Source of the DNA: Yuukianura sp. NJ FZ-2021
Taxonomy: Eukaryota
DNA: 64,000 bases
Direction of reading: 5' to 3'
NCBI GenBank assembly: GCA_046563655.1
Contig: CM102289.1
Span: 4,898,001-4,962,000, forward strand
In this document: piece after piece, positions 51,998-64,000 of the stretch
Position numbering within the stretch: the stretch's first letter is position 1
How the letters are laid out: each line of letters begins with the position of its first letter
Translations under genes and position numbers: made by a program
Notes under the pieces: model-generated
What the model was told of the DNA's origin: nothing
The model's input: only the letters and a program-made list of their open reading frames with translations
Database searches by the model: none

Positions 51998-54016
51998 TCA
52001 ATTTTGTTGTTCGCGTTCCTTCATGACGACATAGAAGTCTGGAGGCTCCAAACTGTCTAAGATTGGAACTGGCGTCGTGTTGGGCATTGGTCTTGATGGG
52101 TCAGCTCTTACGTCAAAATTTTGAAAAATTGTTGTCAAAAAAAGAAAAATTTGATCTCGTGCCATTGGTTCGCCAATGCACGAGCGCCTTCCAGTAGAAA
52201 ATGCAACAATCCGATCCTTTAGTTGTATCTGCCCTTCGGCATCAATGAAACGTTCCGGGCGAAAGTTTTCTGGATCGCCCCATACTTGTGGATCATGGTG
52301 TACAAAATACTGGTTGGCCACAATGGCTGTTCCTTTGGGAAGGTCATGACCTTCAAAAGTCGTATCTTCCGTAGCTTCATGGAATCCTCCAAGCGGACTA
52401 AACGATGACATGCGCAGAGTTTCACAAATAAAGGCTTCGGTGAAAACCATCCTTATAGAACAAAAAATTGGGTAAACTTTTTTTGGAATTTTTTTTTAAA
52501 TTTAGGTTTACTTTGGCTTGTCTGCGAGGGAAGGATGTCGACTTTTTCCCACGACTCGGTCAATTTCATCCTGCAGTTTTTGCTGCACATCCAAGTTGAG
52601 GATGAGGTAGAGTATGGCCCACACTAAACTCATTGACGTTGGAACAGATCCGGCCATAAACAAGTCAAATACAAGTACAGCCAAATTTTTGTCTGAAAAA
52701 GATTAATTAAAAATTTTGAAAAATTAAATTTTGAAGTGAAAGCTAGAGTATATGATTTTTTTTTAAATCAATAATAGTTTACATCCTACGTCGCCAAAAA
52801 ATGAAGAATTCGGATCTTTGGTATTTTTAATTTCGGCTAAATATCCGTCGATGAAATCGCGTGGATGAAGTTCTTTATCCGTGTTGAACTCTTTTTTATG
52901 TTGATCCACTTCTGGTTTAATGAAATTGAAACTGCCTTGAATTGCTCCTTGAAATCTGTTCCAACCACTCAGATTTGGAAACAATTTGGCAAGCTTTGGT
53001 GCAAAGAAAATCAATATTGGATTTGCTCCTCGAGTTGAGCTGAGAAAGTTTAAATTTCATTTTGAGTATACTCTTTTGGTTAAAAATGTTGACAAAATTA
53101 ATTTAAAAATCTTACACAAAAAGTTGTTCGTACAAAGCGTTTAGTTTAGGATCGTCTTGTTTAAAACGTTTTCCAGCAATCATTCGCCAGAGGGCGTTGA
53201 GTGTTGCTAAAATAAATTTACGATTGAGTGTAACTGGATTTCCGTTTTGCAGTTTTATCCAGTCCACAAATTCTGCCACTTCTTCACCAATCATTTCCTC
53301 CATCAAGTTTCTTCCAAATCCAAAATCCTTCAAGTGTCGAACAGTGAAACGACGCTGCTCTTGCCACTGTTGACCCGAGGTCAAGTTGATTCCTCAAAAA
53401 GTAGCAAATGATGCTATTGTAAATACACTCAGAGGTGAAAAAAAAATCCCGTATGTTTAATCACCATAAAAGCCGTCCTCAAACATCCACATCTCCACCA
53501 TTGGCCTTCCACTTAAATTTGGGTGGTTGAATGCCTTTTTGATCAAATCCAAATCTGACAGAACGATATGCCTAATAAAAAATTAATTCTTTTAACTTGG
53601 TAGAAACAAAAATTTTTCTTTGAAGAAGAAAAAGAAAAAAGAAAAAAAAATCAGGATTTCGAACAATTTGTGACTCGAGAACCGTAAATTTTTTTACCGT
53701 TTGTTGCAAATGTACATTTGGTACATTTTTCCATACTTCCTTGCCCATTTTCCAACTGTCAAGTGAGGAAACTGTCCCATGGACAAAATATTACCAAAAA
53801 TTGGCAAAGCAAACGGACCTGTACATAAGGAAAGTTTTGAAACATCAAAAAACAAATTTTTCTACACTTTGAATGCTTTCTTCAATGAAATAAAGAAACA
53901 TAAATCAAATTTTTTTCACCATCGATATGTCTTGATGCGGATTTTCTGTGAAAGAAACCAAGCCAGACGAAAGAAAAGAAACAAATCAAAAGTGCAACAA
54001 TGAGCAGGGAAATCAT
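51998..54016 (-). CDS. Cytochrome P450, CYP2 clan, multi-exon
   Basis: N-terminal TM, WQEQRRF, ETLR, PERF, FSTGRRSCIG. Confidence 0.95.
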
Positions 54017-55601
54017 TGCACTTTTTTTTTTGCAAAAAATTGAGAGTTCAAAAAAAGCAAAATGCAGTTGAAATTATTTAAACTGTTGAGCACTTTTAAA
54101 AAATGTGTATGTTGCACGACGACGGGAGTTTTGAAAACTAAACGCATAGGTTTTAGAAAGCTGCCTGTTTTATTTGTTTTCTTTGCAGAAGCCGTTTACG
54201 TCTTTTAGCATGTGCGATTAGGACATGAAGAAGCGTCAAACTTATATTTTTGTCAAGGTTCAACCCATATCTCAAGCGTCAGTGTAGTTTATCAGTTGAA
54301 AACTGTAATGAAAATTTAAAATAAGAATATAAACTACATGAGGTCAAGGGTGGCCTTCACGATCACTTGAGTGGTTCTACGAATGCTCAACCCTCAATTG
54401 GTTCCAGCTAACTTGAAGTCCTAATATAACAAATTTTTTAAAATGGCTTTTTTATAAACCACTTTCTTTCATTCAACTCTTCTTTCGAATTTATTTATTT
54501 ACTTATTCAAAACGTTATTTTTCAGTTTTATTTGGATAATTTATTGTCTGTAACGAGTTTCTTGGTAGCTATTGTTTTGTTTTTGTTTGTTAAAAAAACT
54601 AACCAAATAAAAAGGCAGATACATATTGCATATACTACTAATGATTTTTTTTTGCTAAGTTTATCAACAGTCTTTTTCTCCAAGATTTTTGTCGTGGAAT
54701 GCTTGGCCTGGTGACAGGAAGTGTCAAATCGTGAAGTTTGCGGACACTAAAGTAACTTATTGACACGTTCTAATTTTCAAACACGGACCTCAAAAAGAAC
54801 AAAATGAATTCACTTTGGACTTAATTTCAATTTAACGTTCTGGAAACATTTTTTAATTTCAAAACAATGGTAAACTATAAACTTACATTTTTGAAAAATA
54901 AAATAGAAAGAAACAATAGTTTTTTCTTCATGAAAATCTAGATTTTGAAAAATTGCATTTTGATTGCTATTAGGACTTGAAATGCTTCCTTCGGATTATG
55001 TTCTTCAAAAAACCTTAACTGAACAGTTTCTGTTTGATTCCAAATGCAATCAAAACACAGCGATTGCTATTCTGGACGCCATTATACCACCAAGTCCTGA
55101 CTCAGCAACATTTACACCCCGAGTGACAAACTGACTAAGCAGGACGCTGGAACTTGGGGCATTCACGACTCCATCACCCATTAGCAGTCAGTACAGGATT
55201 AGGTGTCACACATTGCCAAAATTTGAAGAAAAACGAATAAAATATTATTACTTTTTTCAGTATTGTAATTGGAATTTGGAAATAAAAAAAAATGGACAAT
55301 TAGTTATAAAAAATATTTAGTTCAATTTAAGGAGTTGTTTTAGTGTTTATTTGAGGCACAAATTTAACTACAAGCTAATTATAATTAAAGTAAGTTGATG
55401 ACATTTCCAGAAATAAGTTAGAGACGAAAGAAAGTATGTACTTCTTTCAATACTTTTCAAATGACAAGAACAACGTTTTCGTTTAAGGTACTTGCGTATA
55501 TGTACACAAAATCTCATAAGAGCGCCATTTTTTAAGCTTTTCAAACAATCTACATTTCACTTTGAATTTTACTGCCTACTGCGTGGACGTGAATAGTTCA
55601 T

Positions 55602-58082
55602 TTATTGTGCAACCTGAATTTTGATGATTCGTTCTCCCGGGCCAGCGGTTGTCAAATTTTCAAACGTTGGTTGGACAGAAGACGCGACGGAGTTTGGCTC
55701 CTCGCTTTTTCCGCGCGAAAAATCAAACGGCACCGAAGAGGCAGAACTCTCCGGACGACTTTCCGGGAACTCAATTCGTGGTCCAGGTGAAGTTGGATCT
55801 TGATCAATGGGAATCACGCGTTCACCAGGTTTCGTCTGCGCAGTCGCACTTGTCGTAGCCCGAGGCTGAGTAATCGAAACTTCGTGATTGGTTGATCCAT
55901 GCCCATTTGACGTCACTGGTTTCTTCTCAGTAAAAACTTGATGAACTGTGCTAACGTTTTGGTAGACTTTCGGCTCTGATTTTGGTTCTGCGATTTGATC
56001 TTCCAGAAACTTAACATTGTTCAGAGCTTCTTCGATTTTTCTGGCTCGAGTAGTTTCAAAACCATCCGAACTGGTCCGATTGGTTCCGGATTGATCGGAC
56101 GACGTGGCCCGAATTGTTCCGGACACTTCCGAAGCAGGCGAGTCCTTCTGTTGAATTGGGACGTGGTGTGGATTTTTGGCCAATTCGTCATGTTTTTGCC
56201 TGGGGGCGGTGACTACGAGAATGCCCTCTGATGACAAGTTGCATTGGACGTCAGTGGCTTTGACATCGCGCGGGAGAGTGTACTTGCGTTTAAAATGCCG
56301 AGTGATGAAGCCATGTGGATCTTGTTTAGCTTCATGCTTAGCTTCAATCTCTATGTAATAATCAAAAGTCCGCACGCTCAGTTCCTCTGGCTTAAATTCA
56401 TGAACGTCAAGAATCACCTGAAAATTCAAAACATTTTTATAAGTAAAATAAATGATAATTAATTTTAATCAAAATATTGCGATTAATTATTTGCTGAAAT
56501 TCGAACCTTGAAATTTTCCGAATCTTCCTGAATTTCCGGCGGAGTCGTCGGACTCTCCAGAAGCGAAGTTTTTCCTAATCTTCCTGAATTTGCAAACTCA
56601 TCAAACAGAGCCGACTTTCTATCGAATTCTTCCGCCAAAGTTGAAGTCTTTCCGCGCGTTTTCCAAAATGGCAGAGGATCAAATTCCGGAAAAGCAGTAA
56701 AGTGTGGTTCAAACATGCGCAGAAGGCGCGAGTGTCTGAAATCGTCACGGTCACGTGAAAATAGGCCAGAAGCAGACTTGTCAAACTCTTCCTGTGCTTT
56801 TCGAATCTCTTCGCGAAAAGCGTCTTGTCTCTCTGTTCGCCTTGCCAAAAGGTCAGACGCTGACTTGTCAAAGGCTTCACGCGCTGCTCTCATTTCTTGC
56901 AAAATTTCGTCTTTCCGATCAGCCCTCCTTTCGAAAATTTCGGCTTTTCTTTTTTCAAATTCATCCTTGGCCTGTTTCAATTCCTCGCGGAATTTATCAG
57001 TCGAGGTCACATGGGTATCCTTAACCGAAGATCCAAGTTTGTTGTCGTACGTCATTTTTTCAAATTCGGCGGCAGTTGATGTTCTCTGGCTTCCGTTTTG
57101 AGTGAGAGCGGGATGTCGTGGGGCGGTGACATGGAGGCGACCATCGGCTGTGAAGCTGCATTGCACTTCTTCTACTTTGACGTCCGCTGGGAGCGTGTAT
57201 TTGCGTTGAAAATGGCGGGAAACTACACCGTGCGAGTCTTCTTTTTCTTCATGCTTTCCCTCGATTACAATTGTGTTGTCCACTGTTTTGACGGTTAATT
57301 CCTCTGGAGAAAATTGTTGGACGTCAAGAGAAACCTTCAGAGCAAAAAAAAATGATTTCAATCAGCAAAAGTTTTTTTTTCAAAAATTGAAATTTTTTCT
57401 TTTACTGATTATGCGTGTATCTCATGTGATTATGCGTTTTATATCTGTGTAATTATCGGTAATAAAATTTGAAATTGAGTTTCAAAATGAACGCGGCGAG
57501 CTTAGTGTAATCAAGCTGACGAAAAAATTGATACTGACTGGACTAATGTTTGATCCAGATTAGCGCCTAGATTATAAATTTTATTCTACAATGGAATCGA
57601 TCGATTGAAACCAAGATCACAGAGTGACCTTGAAAGCTAAAACTTTCCCTTGGTGCGTGTTTATGAATGTTTAAAACCAATTTAAAAAGAAGGATGAAAT
57701 AAATCAAAGTGTTTACTACCTTGAAATTGTCCTTGTCATAATGAATTCCTAGTCCAGAGGAGTACTTCCTAGCGATGTGATCAGAGTCCATGATCATTAG
57801 CGACGCTGGATGATAGCGGTGGTTTTGGAAGCGCCTCGGAAGCAACTGAAATTCATCGTCTAGAGCTCCCTGTGTCCTGGAAGAATCCAGAAAAGTTGTT
57901 CCAAATTTAGTATTTTGTCCAGGAGTTCCGAAGGTGTTGGTGCTTTCGAGACTCTGAGCAGCACACTTCTGCTCAAACTCCTTTTTCTGCCTCTCCATGA
58001 CTTCCCAACAGTCCGAAAAAAATTCGTCACGGAAGAACGAGTCTCGAGCTCGGAGCGGAACCATTGTTTTTCTCAAGGTCAT
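55602..58082 (-). CDS. Large small-heat-shock protein with two alpha-crystallin domains, 3 exons
   Basis: FKVSLDVQQFSPEELTVK..RHFQRKYTLP..and FKVILDVHEFKPEELSVR..RHFKRKYTLP; helical linker; repeated IxI-type motifs in the tail. Confidence 0.9.
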
Positions 58083-58336
58083 TTTTGCAACAGTTGAAAA
58101 ACAAGTGGGCCAAAACACAATTTGTTCTACTCTTTGTCAAAATTTAGGTTGATATGGGGTCAGAGTAGGTTTGACCTTTCGTTCCTGTCAATCAAACGAG
58201 GTTTGCAAAAACACCTTTGTTGCAAAATTTTGTTCCTCTTTTGTTATTGTCTAATGGTCTGGAAAGGAAATTTCCAAAAAAGCGGAAGCTTACTCTTGCT
58301 ATCTTCTATTGATTTTTTTCTTCTATTTTGACCCAG

Positions 58337-58396
58337 TTTTATACAAAAATTTGCTGCAAAAAAGTGTGATAGAGGAGGTGTAGAACTTTCGCGAAC
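58337..58396 (-). promoter_or_regulatory. HSE plus TATA box upstream of the sHSP gene
   Basis: aGAAc tTTCg cGAAc at 58382-58396; TATAAAA on the minus strand at 58337-58343. Confidence 0.6.
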
Positions 58397-60344
58397 TTCT
58401 CGGATCTTTCTCACTTCGGATCTGTAGGAAGATATGCCATTTGCAAAAAAAAAATTTTTTTGAAGTGCCAATAATATTGGGTACGCAACCCACTTACTGA
58501 AAATCTTTTTATAGAGATTAACCTCACTCTGGAACACGGGAAGAAAAACTCAAAGAGGAAACAGTGAGTGAAGTGTGCCTTTGCCAAATTCAAACCAGGA
58601 ATTGCTAAGTAATGACAGCAGAATTCGTCGTGGTTTATTTAAAAAGTGAAATTAAGTATATGGGCGTAGGCGTGTTCTCGAAAAGTTAGAAAAATGATGA
58701 GGTCACGAAGATGAATTGAGTATTTTATAATTTTTTCAAGGTCGTGAAATAGGATACTTTAAGTTGATGGAAATGACAAATCGGATTTGCAAATTGTGAA
58801 AAAAAAAGTTCCGCCCGGACAGAATTGTTTCTTTAATCAAGGTGGCAAAAAATCCTTGCAAAAAGAGACTCCGTCTCTGTGCATAATAGAAGAGTTGATT
58901 AAATTTTTGCAAGCGATGAGTCACACCTTTGAGCTTTTCCTTCAGAGTTCGTTTTTCGTCATAAATTCTATAAACAGAGAAGAAGAATTTTCGAAACATA
59001 AAAATGGAAAGTTCCCCCAATTGGAAGACTTTGAAACGTGTATTTGCAATTTTAAAAATTCCTTGAATGACTTTTACCAAAATTGCCAGGAAAAAAATTG
59101 GTTTTGCACGATTTGAAACTGTGAAGGCAAGTTGAGTAACGGAGTGATAAAAAATGGCGATTACCTAGACTGTTGAATTTTACTTTCTCTGGCGAGAGAG
59201 TAGGTCACCCAAGGTCACGCAAGAGGTCACTTCAAAATAATAAATTGTGCAGAATCACTTATTAGTCCTTTTTGTAACTGATTTGGTTGAGAATGAACAA
59301 TACTCTAATTTGTAAGACTGAGATTCTGTGTACTGTCTGTCATTGTTTGCCAATGTGCAAAAAAAATGTATTTTTATTGTGTGTGTTTAAAACGTTAGCA
59401 TTTTCCTCATTGCAATTGCAAAGTGATCCGTTTATAACACCTCTTATCGAGTTGGATTTTTTAGTAGTAAAGTTTGTTTCTTTGTTTAGCTCAATGGGGA
59501 TTTAGTTTACCATTTTAGGAGATTAATTACAAAAACCAGTTTTGCACTGACACGTAATTTTTTTTCTGCAACCCCAAGGTAAATAGAATACTACTAGGTA
59601 GTGCGAATGGAAAGTTTGTTTGGTTGCCATGTGGAAAAAAAAATGACGTCACCCGCTGAAAATACCGGAATTCTGCCAATTATTGGTGGTGTCCTATAGA
59701 AACCCGTAAGACACATCTTGTTTACATAAATGCCAGCGGGTTCCAATTTCACGATTACGGTATTTTTCAGCTGGTGACGTCACAAACAAAAAATTGCGTT
59801 GGTTGCTATGGGCGCCATTTGCAGGGGGCTGCTGCAACCCTAGTTTTTTTAAGTTTTTAATAGTAATAATTTGCAAAAAGTGCAGCGGGTGGTTGGTGGT
59901 GATGGTGAATGATGTTGGGATGATTATGATTTTAAGGTAATGAACAGTACTATTGTGAAATAGCATCACAATTAGTTGGTAATTCGATTCGCTTATAATC
60001 ATACTTTTATAATCGATTATAACGTTTAACTTTGTATTAAGATATTAATTAATGAGCACCCATATGATATGATGGGAGTAATTAAAAATAGATATTGTGC
60101 AATTGTTTCAACACTGCGCTCCACGGGAACGACTATGCGACTTGCTAAAAACGAAACCCGCCAAAAGAAATTCGAATTTAACAAAAACAGAGAAAGTGAG
60201 AGTGAATGAAATGGAAAGTGAACGTGGACGGAGTCATATGGTGGCTTTGCCAATGTGTCGTCCTCGTCGTCAAGGTCAAGGTCAGTCAAACAGAAATCCT
60301 GGAATTCCGAATTTTGTCTGGAGTTGGAGGAGTTCTAACGATTC

Positions 60345-63016
60345 ATGATGGACCACGTTCACCCTCCGAAGGTAAATCCTCTTCTACAACATGGACTTAC
60401 ATGGTGTGAATCGCACGAAAATGTTCACCTTCACCAAAACCCAGTAGAAGTTCCATCGGTCGACTACAGTTTGAAGGTCTCCCTCCTCGCGGCCATTCGT
60501 CACTTGAGCTCAGTTCTTTTTGGATTTCTACCGGAACACATGCAAGGTACAATTCTGGATGTGAACGATGCCCTAATCTTCACAGGAATAATTGCGCTGA
60601 CACTCATTTCCATTTGTGTGCCCTACCTGTTCATTGAAGCATATTTCTCTGTTCGTCCATTCAAGAAGAAAGTGACAGACCTTAACAAGACACTCTGGAA
60701 GGTAACTGGATAACGTATGAACGGGTTTTCCTGAATGAACACTTTGGAGGTATTCATTGGGTAAAGTAAGGCTGATGGTGCCAATGCTGTTTTGCCATGT
60801 TAAATGCGGCAAGTTAGATAACAGTTTGGCGTACTTTTTAAACCTAACCTATCCTAAATAATGTAAATAACACTAATGGCATTGGCACCATCAACCTTAC
60901 TCCTACCGTATTCATTAATGAATTCAATTCACTTCATTTCTGTACAGGTGAGCACAGCATACGAAAATCAGCAAGAAGAGTTTGATACGCTCAAGCAAAA
61001 AGCTTTGGCATACGACGAGGACAAGAAGGAACAGGAACGACTGGAAACGGAACTTTTTTTGGTCAAGCAAATTGAAGCGAAACTGAAGAATGAAAATTTG
61101 ACCTTGAAAAAACGAATTAACAAAGATGTCAAAGTAGCTGAAGAGCTGGAGGGCTTAATTACGTCAACAATTAACGAACGTGATGCGGTAATTGATATGA
61201 AAAATTTTCAAAATCGATTTTTTTTTCGAAAATGACTTTTATAATTTTATGTTTTCTAGATTGTTGGAGAACGGGACAAGTTAAAAGCTGGACTGACTTC
61301 TCTTCAGTCCAAGTACCAAGAAGCGTCCGAGCAGATGGAAACGCTGCTAACGGATGACGCTCGAGTCCGGATGGACCTGGAACTGCTGACTCACACCAAT
61401 GAAACGCTGGAACTTCGGGGAGTAGCACTGGAGAAGGAAATTGGAGAGCTGAAACAGAAGTTGACCTTGGAGATTGAGTTAAGAAGGAGTCTTCAATCTC
61501 AGAACGAATCTCTCACTCTTGAGAAGAATTCGCATGAAGATCAACTGGTTGACTTGAAGTCAGTGTTACACAAGTATGAAGATACTGTCAACACTCTCAA
61601 TGACGAAATCAGCGCCAAGGAAAACGAGTTGATCGCTTTGAAAGACACTCTGGGTGAAGATTCTCCTCTGGTGGACATCGCTGAAGTCACTGGAAAACTC
61701 ATGATGGCTGAAAGACAAACTTCTTCGCTCCAAGCTCGCATTGAATCTATCACTTTACAGAATACTAGTCTTACACGTAAGAAATCATTTCAGTAGTTCA
61801 AGTACAACAAGCCCACTCTTTTCGCAACTCGCTCTGATTGGTCGGTTGGAGTAATCACAAATCGAGCGAGTTGGTCGGTTGGATTGGTTGCGAAAAGAGG
61901 GGTTTTTTCTGTAATTCGATAATTGGAAGTACTTCCAGCTGGTTCGGATTAATTCGAAATAATTTCAATTAGTTCGAAGTGATTCAAAATAGTTTGAAGT
62001 TTTTCAAAATAATTTGAAGTAATTCAAAATAGTTTGAAATAATTTGAAGTAGTTCGAAATAATTCAAGTACTTTACTTTGTGCTAATTTTTCTTTTTCAG
62101 GAGACTTGGAGAAGATGAAGCAGAAGTTGAGTAACTTAGAAGCTGACAAGGCTCAAGCGGAGACGAGATTGCAAGTACTGGAAGCATATTTCAAGGAAAA
62201 GGAGGAAGAGTTGCGTCGAGTGGTGGAGAAGCATGAGGCTGAGAAGAAAATGCGCGGGAAAGACAAGGATGAACTGGTCACCATGGTTGAAGAGAGAAAC
62301 GAAACTGTGCAGGATTTGAATGATAGAATTGAAAAACTGAAGAAGGAATTCGAAGAAACCAAAATTGCCCATCGCACTGAAATCCGGGCATTAGAGAGCA
62401 AAGGACATGAGACTTGGGTACGTCACAAAAAAATTCAACAGTTATAAAAAAAATTCGAAGTTTTTCTCAATTTTTTTTAAACATTGTTTTTAGCTCTCAC
62501 TGTGTCAGTCTGAACGGAAAGCACAAGAAGCGAGGAAAGAATCCGAACTTCTGCGACAGAAACTCACGGCTCTTGTAAAAGTAAACGAAGCTGATGCACG
62601 TAAGTCTAAAAAAAACGAAAGACGTTTAAAAACAAAACTTTTTTTTTTTAATTTTTTTTTCAAAATTTCCAGAGCATGGTGTGGACAGAAGGGAATCGAA
62701 TGGAGAAGTGCCTTATATTTTTTCAGAACTGGAGTTGGAGGACATTCCTCCTCCGTTGCCAGACGAACCTTCGCTTCCTTCGTACTTTGGTTTGGGTGAC
62801 TTTGAACCCCCGGCTCCTCTGGACGATGACGAAGATGAAGAAGAAGATGAGGTTAATGAAATTTACCGACTCCGTAGTCACCACCACATGAACGGAAACG
62901 CTCGTGAGCCAGAGCGTCCAGCCCCTCTTGGCCAAATGTCACCAAACGATTCGGATCGTGATCATGACGACGACGAGTTATCACCGATTCGAGGCCTGGA
63001 AGGTGTTTCTGATTGA
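60345..63016 (+). CDS. TANGO1/cTAGE5 (MIA2/MIA3) family ER exit-site protein, multi-exon
   Basis: Hydrophobic segments, then coiled coils with LQVLEAYFKEKEEEL and KGHETW..SERKAQEARKESELLRQKLT, then a Pro-rich tail. The 5' start is uncertain. Confidence 0.75.
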
Positions 63017-63579
63017 AATTCGATTGGTCCTATTAGGTGTTATGAAGTCCAATTGATTTTGGAGCTTTAATCACTGCGCATTATTTATTGTGAACTGAAA
63101 GTATTTATATTGATTATGGCAAAAATTGAATAAACTCGCGTCCATACTGCCACTTTGATCGATTTAAAACGTTTCTAAACTACGTATTTCATAATGTTGG
63201 ATTTCATGTGTTACATTCTCACGCCAAGTCTGCAAGTGCGGGAATTATTTTAGGTTTTTGGTAAACAAACCGGGAGGAGATATTCGTTTCATCTTAATCA
63301 TTTAATCTTAAGCGAGATTCCACGTTTAATTAAATACTACTAAAAAGTTTTTAGTATAAACGTGTACATTCATTTCTGGATGCGGTATAATGCAGCATAA
63401 GCAAAAGTAAGTTATTCATTCCTCCAATTTCTAATACCTACTTATAAAAACAACAATTAAATCCTGTACCCGTTCAATTGTGCTTGTTGTAATATTTTTA
63501 GGACACATTTCAATTCGAATGCTTCTCGTTAATCCGGAATTATTCGTTTAACGAACCTTGACCTCATGCGACTTTACCG

Positions 63580-64000
63580 ATGATGATGAATATCCTAAAC
63601 ACCACTTGCCGAAGTTCCTCAGTCAATGTACTAGTGAAATCACGTCTACTTTTTGCTGGCGTTGGTACTGCTGCTGCTCCTCCACAAATTCGGAGACGGA
63701 ATCGTTCAACAGCATCAGCGAAATCAAAAACGTTTTCGGCTGAGGAATATGCCAATCCCAGGATAGATGGCAAACCTGAACCAGGAAAACGAGACACTGG
63801 AAAAGTCAATCTGGAAGAAATCGCGCAGCTTGCAACTCGTCGACGACGTTCGAAGGAAGAATTCAATATTCCAGGCGCGGGTCCACCAGAACCAGAGAGT
63901 CAACGGGAGTACAGACTTAATTCCCACTTTTATCGACACTTGTATCCCTGGAAATCCAAGGAACAACTAGCAACGTACTTGTGCCATCAGATTGTTCATG
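63580..64000 (+). CDS. 5' part of a mitochondrial protein, probably an RPUSD-type pseudouridine synthase
   Basis: Open frame to the window end with an Arg/Ser-rich presequence; HFYRHLYPWKSKEQLATYLCHQIV resembles the region preceding the arthropod RPUSD catalytic domain. Confidence 0.45.
   Translation, partial: MMMNILNTTCRSSSVNVLVKSRLLFAGVGTAAAPPQIRRRNRSTASAKSKTFSAEEYANPRIDGKPEPGKRDTGKVNLEEIAQLATRRRRSKEEFNIPGAGPPEPESQREYRLNSHFYRHLYPWKSKEQLATYLCHQIVH

Noticed and set aside
61800..62070. Intronic inverted repeat and ~10-bp minisatellite as an ncRNA
   Set aside because: No recognisable RNA family features; probably a repeat relic.

Overview
Eukaryotic, compact, AT-rich animal genome with many 60-100 bp GT-AG introns; the gene content suggests a basal hexapod such as a springtail, which is an inference. 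Conserved host genes are the Nup133 3' end, IST1, TPR/Megator, ITIH, a CYP2-clan P450, a two-domain small HSP, a TANGO1/cTAGE5-like gene and the start of an RPUSD-like gene. They are interleaved with an ~11.5 kb repeat/pseudogene block (4.2-15.7 kb), small secreted Cys-rich peptide genes missed by the ORF track, two signal-peptide-bearing CRAL-TRIO genes, and several non-autonomous transposons. The key feature is a ~4 kb biotin-pathway cluster at 34.6-38.6 kb. It holds intronless bacterial-type bioD and bioB genes next to an intron-containing, divergent 5-aminolevulinate synthase (ALAS) paralogue that is transcribed head-to-head with bioD. The paralogue's glycine-specificity loop is altered, so a host haem enzyme may have been recruited as BioF in a chimeric host/bacterial biotin pathway. 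All family assignments come from motif recognition by eye; no searches were run.
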